Source: a virus (Duplodnaviria; Heunggongvirae; Uroviricota; Caudoviricetes). From it: a stretch of DNA of 11,115 nt. The translations under genes were made by a program, and so were the position numbers. Shown in pieces: positions 1-6,821 of the stretch. Below the pieces are notes generated by a model. It was not told where the DNA came from, searched no databases, and saw only the letters and a program-made list of their open reading frames with translations. The stretch lies in IMG/VR virus record IMGVR_UViG_2923302340_000003. One strand, written 5' to 3'. The first letter of the stretch is position 1, and the number at the start of each line of letters is the position of its first letter.

Positions 1-762
1 ATGTGTTGTAAAATCAGTCGAAGCCTAACAAGTGTGAATGACCTTTTAACCATGACGCAAGTGTTCAATGTTTACTGTGATGAGTCCTGCCATTTAGAAA
101 ATGATGGTCAAAAAGCAATGGTGCTCGGGGCTGTTTGGTGTCCTCTCAATAAGAGGTTTGGTATTGCTAATCGAATACGAGAGATAAAGCTCAAACATGG
201 CTTGGACCCACGTTTTGAAGTCAAATGGACTAAGGTTGGGGCTTCTAAAATTGAGTTTTATAAAGATTTGGTGGATTACTTCTTTGATGATGATGATCTT
301 CATTTCCGGGGATTGGTTATTCCTGACAAAACTCAGCTAAAGCATGATGATTTCGATCAAAGTCATGATGACTGGTACTATAAAATGTATTTTGTCATGT
401 TGAAAACTATTTTTGAGCCAGGAAGTCAATATAGAGTCTTTATTGATATAAAAGATACTCTTGGTCATGAGAAAATACTCAAGTTACATGATGTATTATG
501 TAACAATGCATATGATTTCTCTAGGAAAACAATTTCTAATATTAAGAGAATTAATTCTCATGAAGCTGAGCAATTGCAACTTGCTGATTTATTAATAGGT
601 GCCCTTAGTTATATGCATAGAGGTTTGAATGAAAGTAAGCCAAAACTTTTATTAATTAACAGGATAAGAGAAAGGAGCGGCTATAATCTAACCCAAAATA
701 CTTTGCTTCGAGAGTTAAAGTTTAATCTAATGATCTGGCAATCTAATGGGGGATGTCGATGA
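1..762 (+). CDS. DUF3800-like protein, AT-rich accessory gene. ORF is open to the window edge; the likely true start is ATG at 52 (MTQVFNVYCDES...), otherwise the gene is 5'-partial
   Basis: Long ORF in an AT-rich block. A hydrophobic-Y-C-D-E-S motif sits a few residues after the Met at 52, matching my recollection of the conserved N-terminal motif of DUF3800 proteins (not verified by search). Stop TGA at 760-762. No clear Shine-Dalgarno before 52. Confidence 0.6.
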   Translation: MCCKISRSLTSVNDLLTMTQVFNVYCDESCHLENDGQKAMVLGAVWCPLNKRFGIANRIREIKLKHGLDPRFEVKWTKVGASKIEFYKDLVDYFFDDDDLHFRGLVIPDKTQLKHDDFDQSHDDWYYKMYFVMLKTIFEPGSQYRVFIDIKDTLGHEKILKLHDVLCNNAYDFSRKTISNIKRINSHEAEQLQLADLLIGALSYMHRGLNESKPKLLLINRIRERSGYNLTQNTLLRELKFNLMIWQSNGGCR

Positions 763-1244
763 GTCCGGTTTGGCTACCCAAGCAAATTTTATTAGAACAC
801 TATCAAGGTGAGTGGGAGGCCTACTTTGATAGTGTTTATCAAGCATTCCACCGCGATTTCGTTTTATCTAAACCAGTTTTTCGTGGCGTTCGATTAGGAT
901 TGAAACGTCATCCAGAATATGAAGGTAAATCAGCCACATTCTGGCATATGATTAGCACTGGAAATGTAGAAAGTGAGAGAGTGCCGGATATTCGGCGCTG
1001 CGAAAGAATTAGTTGGCCTAAGCCTGTTATAGATAATAGTACCGATACCTGTTTGAAAGTCTGGGCTGAGCCCAAAGGTAAAAATAGACGTATCCACATT
1101 TGGTTTGAGGATGAGGGATATCTGGTGGTTTTAGATGATAGAGGCGATTTTATGCTTCCATGGACAGCGTTTTATATTGAACATAACCATCAACGAAAGA
1201 AATACAATAAGAGATGGGAAAGACACAATCATAACGGTATTTGA
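753..1244 (+). CDS. Hypothetical protein (163 aa), translationally coupled partner of the DUF3800-like gene
   Basis: ATG at 753 overlaps the upstream stop (760-762) by 10 nt. A GGGGG run at 747-751 serves as Shine-Dalgarno. No recognisable catalytic motif. Confidence 0.6.
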   Translation: MSMSPVWLPKQILLEHYQGEWEAYFDSVYQAFHRDFVLSKPVFRGVRLGLKRHPEYEGKSATFWHMISTGNVESERVPDIRRCERISWPKPVIDNSTDTCLKVWAEPKGKNRRIHIWFEDEGYLVVLDDRGDFMLPWTAFYIEHNHQRKKYNKRWERHNHNGI

Positions 1245-1545
1245 TAGTAGGCTGGCCGCGCCCTTCCTAGAAGGACGGGGCCGTAACTCCTTCTACACTT
1301 ACGCTAGAAGCTGGTAGATGAGATAGCCTAACTTTAAGTAAACCTGCCTTGCGAGTCAATTAACATTAGAAAGCGATTATGTAAATGTGGATGCTGACTT
1401 GGCGAAAAATCCTTATAAATCAATAGATAGTAGGTTTATTTTCAACTCATAGTTTTTGACTATTAATAGTATGTTATCTATCTAAAAAAGTTTTCTGTAT
1501 TCATCGCAAAATCAATACTGCTTTAGCATTGTAGTTAGCCATCAG

Positions 1546-1571
1546 TTGCAAAAAGCCTTACCCGTAGGCTT
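1546..1571 (-). terminator. Candidate intrinsic terminator for the small minus-strand ORF
   Basis: AAGCCT (1553-1558) and AGGCTT (1566-1571) form a 6-bp stem with a 7-nt loop. On the minus strand the stem is followed by TTTGCAAC. It lies about 40 nt downstream of the stop at 1611. Confidence 0.35.
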
Positions 1572-1610
1572 AACATTTGGCTTGGCTGTAGTCTTACCGT
1601 AACGCTCCGC

Positions 1611-1790
1611 TCACCGTCGTGGCCTGTCCGGTTTCCGCCACTGATACGGCCTCACATCATCATGCTGGCGGCGTTCCTGTTGCAGCACAACGGAAACAGG
1701 CGCTGAACACCTGTTAATTTTGCTTGCTGTTTGTTTGATTCCGGCAATGCTGCGGATCATCTCCAGCATATCGGCTTCGGTGATGGTCAT
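1611..1790 (-). CDS. Small hypothetical protein (59 aa, MTITEADMLEMIRSIAGIKQ...), absent from the supplied ORF track
   Basis: Hand translation of the minus strand: ATG at 1790-1788, stop TGA at 1613-1611. AAGGTG Shine-Dalgarno lies 8-12 nt upstream (reverse complement of 1798-1803). A hairpin with T-run follows downstream. Confidence 0.35.
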   Translation of the reverse strand: MTITEADMLEMIRSIAGIKQTASKINRCSAPVSVVLQQERRQHDDVRPYQWRKPDRPRR

Positions 1791-1819
1791 GATTTACACC
1801 TTAGGAAATCTTAGGGGGC

Positions 1820-2090
1820 TGGTTGACACTTTCCGGCTTAAGACCTTAATAAATCTTAATATCGCAGGTTGACACACTTGACACTTTTTCGGGAAAAACC
1901 TTAACAAAACTTAACCATCCCTGGCATTTCTAAGCATGGCAACTTGACACTTTTCGCGATTTTTTCGGCTTTTTGACGAGGTAAATCTGGCGCAAAGCCA
2001 GTAACGGCGGGGTTTACAGCGAGGTTGACACTTTTTCGCGTTCAGAGTGTAAAGTGTCAACCTGGCAAGCTGCTCAACTTGACACTTTTT
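1820..2090. repeat. Iteron array 2: seven copies of TTGACACTTTT(T)CG-like repeats (six direct, one inverted), interspersed with CTTAA/CTTAG short repeats
   Basis: TTGACAC at 1823, 1869, 1878, 1944, 2024 and 2079. Inverted copy GTGTCAA at 2054-2060. Most are followed by a T4-5 run and CG. The array sits between the HTH gene end (2095) and the small ORF start (1790). Confidence 0.6.
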
Positions 2091-2094
2091 GATG

Positions 2095-2632
2095 TCATTG
2101 ATGGTCTGATTTTTCCCATTCAGCCAAGGCGTTTAGTCCTGCCTCACTCCATGTGTCCTGTTCATCGGGACAATCGCTGGCAACATAGCATAGTTCACAA
2201 CGCAACATACGAATTGCCAGCCAGGCATTACCCCGCAAATTGTATTGTTCAAAGTAATGCTGCCCGTCGCAATCCTCAAGGCAGATAGCACCACCATCAA
2301 GAAATTGCACTTCCCAGCCTAATTCCCCGGCTGCATTCAGCACACGCTGCCGTATGTCATCGTCCGTTACTGGTGCAGGGATTTTACCGTCTCTGGCCTT
2401 AACTGCTTTCCAGAACTCGCCCCACGTCATTTCCAGCGTTCTTTCTGGCCACATTTCAGAAACTGCGTCTTTTCCCTGTGCTGGTGGGCTGTTCCGCTGC
2501 TCTGTCGCTTCCACATCGATTTTTTTACCGGACATAACCACTTCGCCTTTCTCGATCCAGTCGTAAACTGTCTGGCGGCTTACGCCTTTGTGTTTGGCGT
2601 ATTCAGCTTTACTCATCAACATGTGGCTCACC
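2095..2632 (-). CDS. DNA-binding protein with N-terminal HTH (Nu1/excisionase-like, SKAEYAKHKGVSRQTVYDWIEKGE) and C-terminal Cys cluster (CX3C...CX2C)
   Basis: ORF on the minus strand. GAGGTGA Shine-Dalgarno 5 nt before ATG at 2632. The track's 2661 start is probably an upstream extension. HTH assignment is from motif resemblance only. Confidence 0.6.
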
Positions 2633-2687
2633 TCATGCATATACGATAAAAATAATTTCATGCGGAAAAGGAATGCGTTGTGGATAT

Positions 2688-2712
2688 GGAGGAAAGGGGC
2701 AATAACTGCCCC
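2688..2712 (-). terminator. Candidate intrinsic terminator after gene 2721..2993
   Basis: GGGGCA (2696-2701) and TGCCCC (2707-2712) form a 6-bp perfect stem with a 5-nt loop. On the minus strand it is followed by TTTCC. Confidence 0.4.
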
Positions 2713-2720
2713 TTGTTGAT

Positions 2721-2993
2721 TCAGTTACGCCAGGATGGCTGACTAAGCGTGGTTTTCATTACATCGTTGACGACCTGTTTTACGATTTCTGTGTTGGCTG
2801 TCGTGCTTTCAACATCAACAAAACCATAATCGCCAATTTCCACTGTCAGAGATTCCAGTTTCTTCCCCAGCGCATCAGGCAACTCTCCACTGAACCGGTG
2901 CTGAAGATTTTCCACCAGCAACGCCCTGAATGCCTCGCTGTTCTCTTTTTTCTGCCATAGCTGGCGTTTATCCACTCTGATATTTAATTTCAC
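2721..2993 (-). CDS. Hypothetical protein (90 aa), GTG start
   Basis: GTG start overlaps the TGA stop of the upstream gene in a GTGA arrangement. Strong AAGAGGTGA Shine-Dalgarno immediately upstream. Classic translational coupling. Confidence 0.6.
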   Translation of the reverse strand: MKLNIRVDKRQLWQKKENSEAFRALLVENLQHRFSGELPDALGKKLESLTVEIGDYGFVDVESTTANTEIVKQVVNDVMKTTLSQPSWRN

Positions 2994-3157
2994 AGTCTCA
3001 CCTCTTTAAGTGCCTTATCCATCAGTTGCCGGGCAATAACATGAATCGACGGCGCCACACCAAGCACAGATTTCTGACGCTCTTCGTCCTGGATACGTTG
3101 CAGGGCTTCAATCTGCCTCCGGGAAAGTAAAACTGGCTTTACTCCGTGACCTTTCAT
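2990..3157 (-). CDS. Small hypothetical protein (55 aa, MKGHGVKPVLLSRRQIEALQRIQDEERQK...), possible small regulator
   Basis: ATG at 3157 preceded by GGGAGA Shine-Dalgarno. The track ORF 2990..3226 has an implausible N-terminal extension. Confidence 0.5.
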   Translation of the reverse strand: MKGHGVKPVLLSRRQIEALQRIQDEERQKSVLGVAPSIHVIARQLMDKALKEVRL

Positions 3158-3189
3158 GATTTTTCTCCCGAATAATAACAACCACAACA

Positions 3190-3245
3190 ATTGCACAAAA
3201 TGAAATGATAGCGATAAATATTGCAATTAATGAAATGCAATAAGG
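3190..3245. promoter_or_regulatory. Two direct repeats ATTGCA-N4-ATGAAATG about 34 bp apart in the promoter region of the 55-aa gene; candidate regulator binding sites
   Basis: aattgcaCAAAatgaaatg and attgcaATTAatgaaatg, both read directly from the sequence. Confidence 0.3.
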
Positions 3246-3263
3246 CCGGGAAAAATCCCGGCC
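3229..3263 (-). terminator. Intrinsic terminator-like hairpin just downstream of the PerC-like gene
   Basis: GGCCGGG (3244-3250) and CCCGGCC (3257-3263) form a 7-bp perfect GC stem with a 6-nt loop. On the minus strand it is followed by TTATTGCATTTCATT. Confidence 0.5.
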
Positions 3264-3267
3264 TCCG

Positions 3268-3555
3268 TCACTGACTGCAATTTTTCGATCCAGGATATTT
3301 CCTGAATGCCTTACCATTGGGCTGATGTAATCCCATTCCGGCATGTGCCCGGCTGATGGTTTCGCGCATCTCCCCGAAATTATCCTGCTTTGCTGGTGGG
3401 CGTGCTGCCTTGCGGATACATTCCGCACGGCGCTTTGCCGCCTGTTCCCGTGCCTTGTCACCGTTCGCCAGCATAATGACCTCAGCCCACCGTTCCGCCG
3501 CTCTCCGGTACAGACCACGCGCTTCCAGTGCTTCCGCTTTGCTGTCGTGAATCAT
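3268..3555 (-). CDS. PerC-family-like transcriptional regulator (95 aa)
   Basis: The N-terminal motif AEALEARGLYRRAAERW resembles what I recall of PerC/Pch-type regulators. Start overlaps the stop of the upstream gene (ATGA). Family call is from memory, not searched. Confidence 0.5.
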   Translation of the reverse strand: MIHDSKAEALEARGLYRRAAERWAEVIMLANGDKAREQAAKRRAECIRKAARPPAKQDNFGEMRETISRAHAGMGLHQPNGKAFRKYPGSKNCSQ

Positions 3556-4094
3556 GCGCCTGTTTTCTCCTTTGCTGCCCGGCGCTGACGTTTGCGCTTC
3601 TCATTCAGCGCCACCAGCCGCGTTTCTGCGTCCTGTTGTTCCTGTGGTGTCACCTCGCCGCACGGCTGGCCTTTCAGGTCGTAGCGTACCCCACCAGCCA
3701 TTAAGGCGCGGTAATAGCGCGGACACTGCGCATAAGATGCCAGCGTCGCACGTAATGCCCCTGGCCCGAATGCCAGCCCCCTGACGGCGAGATCCTGCAT
3801 CAGGTCGTCGAATATCCCCACCTTAAGCGGCTTCGGTGCTTCCCGGCTGAATAATTCAGGCCACAACTCAGTGAGGCGGTTAACGCGCCTGCGGTTTTTG
3901 TGCTGGCGTTTGGTCATATGCCGCCACGGTGTCGCCCCTGTGGGCTTCTGCTGCGCTTTCTGGTTACCGGGCATCACTTTATGCGCCGATGTGGTTTTAT
4001 CCTGCTCCTGCGCCGCCTGCGTCGTTTTCTGCGGCGTGCCGTAAATGCCTTTAGGTTTTCTGTTAATGGTCAGCTTAGTCATGCTTTGCCCCAT
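3552..4094 (-). CDS. ProQ/FinO-domain RNA-binding protein with a basic N-terminal extension; true start may be the second ATG at 4082
   Basis: The segment LWPELFSREAPKPLKVGIFDDL...LRATLASYAQCPRYYRALMAGGVRYDLKGQPCGEV aligns by eye with the E. coli ProQ N-terminal domain (FPHCF...RPLKIGIFQDL...RVDLDGNPCGEL). Confidence 0.8.
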   Translation of the reverse strand: MGQSMTKLTINRKPKGIYGTPQKTTQAAQEQDKTTSAHKVMPGNQKAQQKPTGATPWRHMTKRQHKNRRRVNRLTELWPELFSREAPKPLKVGIFDDLMQDLAVRGLAFGPGALRATLASYAQCPRYYRALMAGGVRYDLKGQPCGEVTPQEQQDAETRLVALNEKRKRQRRAAKEKTGA

Positions 4095-4175
4095 CGTTTT
4101 TACTGATTGCTACGTTGCCCAACGGCACTGACACAACATTCTGTTTTCATTTTTAACATTCCTGATTTTTTAATT

Positions 4176-4560
4176 CCTCACCTGCTGCACAGTGAGAATT
4201 TATGAAGTTAATAACAATATGATTTTAAATGTATTTTTAAGTACTCACTTTTTAATCCTTATATATACGCAAAAGTGAGGTAAATAGTTAAGTTTTAGTT
4301 AATATCTTGCATGGTGTGTTTTTTAACCTACCTGTTATTTTATTACCTCATTTCTATTAACTCACCATTCCTCACTTTTGTTCCTCACTTTTTATTATTC
4401 TTGTTCTGCTCCTCAGTCGTTTTCTTTATTGTTGTAATCTGTTGTTTTGCAATGTGTTTTTAACTCCTCACTTTTTGACCTATATACAGGTGAGAAAGTG
4501 AGGAAAACAGGGATGATTTTTAAATATTCCCTGCCCCCTCACTTTTACGCCTCACTTTTT
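4176..4560. repeat. Iteron array 1 (probable replication origin): CCTCACTTTT repeats in an AT-rich region immediately downstream of the replication gene
   Basis: Direct copies at 4244, 4370, 4383, 4466, 4537 and 4550. Inverted copies AAAGTGAGG at 4272-4280 and 4495-4503. Partial copies at 4176, 4346 and 4361. The last copy abuts the rep stop codon. Confidence 0.65.
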
Positions 4561-5971
4561 ACAGTGGGCGCACATCATCACCGTCAATAGCGATTACGCC
4601 GTCACCTTCCAGCTTGTACAGCCAGCGCCGGAAGTTTTTCATCTCATACCCCAGCTTTTTCATGTCATCGCGCAACAACGGAATAGTGCATTTATCTCCG
4701 CGTTGCGTGCGTGAACGGATACAGCCCCATAGTGCGGCGTGATTCTCCGTCTTGTTCCCGGCTTCCTCGATGCGCTCCAGTTCAACTGGCGGACGGGGCT
4801 TATCCTCCAGCACCAACGACGTGATTAACTCCCCGCCTTCATCCTTGAAAAGCTCAACCTCGCGCAAATCGCAAGCCATTTCTTTCAGTTCCTCCGCATC
4901 CTTCATCTTGGTACATGCGATAACCAGGGCTTCACTGCCTGCACCTTCACGGCGTATCCGGTACTCTGCATCCAGTGCTGCACGAAACGCACTGGAACCG
5001 CGCGCACCCTTTGTTTCATCCTTGCCGGAATGGTGAATTACCAGCACTGTAGCGCCTGTACGCCGTTTCAGTTCGTCACATCCATGGACAAATGCCCCCA
5101 TATCCCGCGCATCATTTTCATCGCTGCCACCAAAGCAACGCGCCAGAGTATCCAGAATAATCATGCGTACAGGTTTACCCGTTTCCTGCTCAACCTGTCG
5201 GGCAGCAATAACCATTTCATCAACATCACTCGGTGCGGCCGGAAAAATTGGACGATTTACCAGGTACAGATTTTTCACCTGCTCACTGTTCACCAGTTCC
5301 CATGCCTTGATACGACGAGGAACACCGATCCCCCCCTCACCAACGACATACATCACCGCACCATGTACAACCCTGCGACCTCCCCACGGGATACCGGTAG
5401 CAACATGACACGCCCACGAACACGCAAGGAACGACTTATAAGAACCGCTCGCACCGTATGTGCTACATAGCGAATTAGCCGGAATCACACCCTTAACCAC
5501 ATAGCTAAGCTGTGAATCGTATCCTTCCGATCCAATGCTCATTGGTAGCGTGGTTTTTCGCTGGCTGTATTGCTCGTCAGTAAGCATTTCTTCGCGCTCT
5601 GCCTGTTCGCGGATCCGTTGCAGGTAATCGCGCCAGTTCTCCGGCTCCCGGTCGGTGATGCCTTTGTATAATTTCGCCTCCTGTACGCCAGCCAGTGCCA
5701 GTTTTTCAGCGATAGCATTGATCTGGATTGGTTCGATCTCCCCCGCGAGATAGACACGCGCAAAGCGGCGTTCATCGTCGACAATGCGGATATTCGCCAG
5801 GTCTGCCAGTTGCTTTGGCCCCAGGTAAACAGGTGGTACGTTATCGCCGTGTTTTCGTCCTTCGCTTTCAATCCAGTGTTGAGCATGGGCGTAAGCATCC
5901 GTCCCGGCAAAAATGATTACCTCAGTGAATTTATCCTTCGGCTGATATTTCAAACTCGGTGCGTTTTTCAC
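4559..5971 (-). CDS. Replication protein: N-terminal TOPRIM-like region fused to a RecA-fold (RepA/DnaB-like) ATPase; putative primase/helicase
   Basis: Walker A GASGSYKS and Walker B-like MIILDTL are present. N-terminal acidic motifs (FAGTD, IVDDE) suggest TOPRIM. The start is directly adjacent to the upstream stop. Iterons lie immediately downstream. Confidence 0.8.
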   Translation of the reverse strand: MKNAPSLKYQPKDKFTEVIIFAGTDAYAHAQHWIESEGRKHGDNVPPVYLGPKQLADLANIRIVDDERRFARVYLAGEIEPIQINAIAEKLALAGVQEAKLYKGITDREPENWRDYLQRIREQAEREEMLTDEQYSQRKTTLPMSIGSEGYDSQLSYVVKGVIPANSLCSTYGASGSYKSFLACSWACHVATGIPWGGRRVVHGAVMYVVGEGGIGVPRRIKAWELVNSEQVKNLYLVNRPIFPAAPSDVDEMVIAARQVEQETGKPVRMIILDTLARCFGGSDENDARDMGAFVHGCDELKRRTGATVLVIHHSGKDETKGARGSSAFRAALDAEYRIRREGAGSEALVIACTKMKDAEELKEMACDLREVELFKDEGGELITSLVLEDKPRPPVELERIEEAGNKTENHAALWGCIRSRTQRGDKCTIPLLRDDMKKLGYEMKNFRRWLYKLEGDGVIAIDGDDVRPL

Positions 5972-6258
5972 TTCTTACCTCCCGCAACCAACATTGCCCG
6001 GATTTTTTTAATATTCGTGGCTGCACGTCTTGCCACTGCCTGTTGTTTGTTTTCAACCAGAATAAAATCACGCTCAAACTGACGGCGCGGCATTACGCAG
6101 TCATATTCGTAAGCCTCACGGCGGTAGGTGATATTGCCTGGCGTAACGTGACGAATAACCACTCGTCCCCCACGTCTGGTGTCGCGGTAAATATCGCCGT
6201 GTCTGATTTCAGGCCGAGCGGGGCCGCTGGCAGTAAAGCCAGAATTTTTCTTTTTCAT
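5968..6258 (-). CDS. Hypothetical protein (96 aa), coupled to the replication gene
   Basis: AGGAAA Shine-Dalgarno upstream of ATG at 6258. Its stop is directly adjacent to the rep start codon. Confidence 0.55.
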   Translation of the reverse strand: MKKKNSGFTASGPARPEIRHGDIYRDTRRGGRVVIRHVTPGNITYRREAYEYDCVMPRRQFERDFILVENKQQAVARRAATNIKKIRAMLVAGGKK

Positions 6259-6262
6259 GGTT

Positions 6263-6463
6263 TTATTTTCCTGTCAGCAGTTCCGGTTTTATTTCCGCAC
6301 GAATACAAAGTTCAGAAAAAAATTCAGGAGAACCAACAATCTCATTACTTTTCAGTCGGCATTGTGATTTCACTTTCCCTTTATCCAGGTAAACCAGTAC
6401 GCGTCCGGTGAAATCATCTGGCACACTCAGGGTAATTGTCATTGTTGCTTGCTGATTATCCAT
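6263..6463 (-). CDS. Hypothetical small protein (66 aa) with one copy of an FTG-x-LV...G-x-V-x-S...RL module
   Basis: 8-nt overlap with the upstream gene. Shares a motif with the 121-aa protein encoded at 6456..6821. Confidence 0.55.
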   Translation of the reverse strand: MDNQQATMTITLSVPDDFTGRVLVYLDKGKVKSQCRLKSNEIVGSPEFFSELCIRAEIKPELLTGK

Positions 6464-6821
6464 GATTCACCCCCTGAATAACCTGATAACCGCAACTGGT
6501 CAGCAATTCGATAAATTCCGGCAGTGTGCCGAAACAGCAATCATCACGCATACGTTCGCGGGATACCTCAACGCCGTTTTCGTAGTGACTCACCATGCGT
6601 CCAGTAAAATGCAGATCATCATCGTGATGGCACGTTGACGGCTTAATCAGTCGCGCACGTTCTGCCAGCTCCAGCAATGCTTCAACACTTCCGGCAATTG
6701 CACCATCCGGCAGGCGATAATTACTTACCACGCGTCCATTCTCCACATTGACCAGTAGCTGCCCGGTAAATTTCTCATCAAACTGAATGCTGTTAAGGTC
6801 AGAAATTGACAGGTTATGCAT
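6456..6821 (-). CDS. Hypothetical protein (121 aa) with two tandem copies of the same module (FTGQLLVNVENGRVVSNYRL and FTGRMVSHYENGVEVSRER)
   Basis: Strong AGGAGGTG Shine-Dalgarno 5 nt upstream of ATG at 6821. 8-nt overlaps with both neighbouring genes. Confidence 0.6.
   Translation of the reverse strand: MHNLSISDLNSIQFDEKFTGQLLVNVENGRVVSNYRLPDGAIAGSVEALLELAERARLIKPSTCHHDDDLHFTGRMVSHYENGVEVSRERMRDDCCFGTLPEFIELLTSCGYQVIQGVNHG

Noticed and set aside
94-303. 69-aa minus-strand ORF inside the DUF3800-like gene, plus ORFs 908..1099 (minus) and 1135..1317 (plus)
   Set aside because: They are short, nested in or overlapping the better-supported plus-strand operon genes, and lack start signals.
1245-1340. 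GC-richer patch (ggctggccgcgcccttcctagaaggacggggccg) after the cargo operon, considered as a tRNA fragment, att core or REP element
   Set aside because: No cloverleaf-compatible structure or recognisable REP consensus could be derived by eye. There is no matching direct repeat elsewhere in the window to define an att pair. Left unassigned.
3108-3518. 136-aa minus-strand ORF, plus the plus-strand ORFs 3343..3588, 3356..3550, 3554..3784 and 3900..4106
   Set aside because: They overlap the well-supported PerC-like and ProQ/FinO genes in other frames or on the other strand. They are GC-rich shadow ORFs rich in Arg/Ala/Pro with no start context.
4176-4560. Possible CRISPR array, given the many short repeats
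   Set aside because: The repeats are only about 10 bp, irregularly spaced, present in both orientations and embedded in AT-rich DNA next to a rep gene. This fits iterons, not CRISPR repeat-spacer units. No cas genes are present.
4752-5916. Several plus-strand ORFs antisense to the replication gene (4752..5036, 5030..5470, 5163..5408, 5728..5916) and minus-strand ORF 5539..5910
   Set aside because: They are embedded in the 470-aa replication gene, which has Walker motifs. Their composition is low-complexity Ser/Arg/Thr-rich, typical of antisense or out-of-frame translation.
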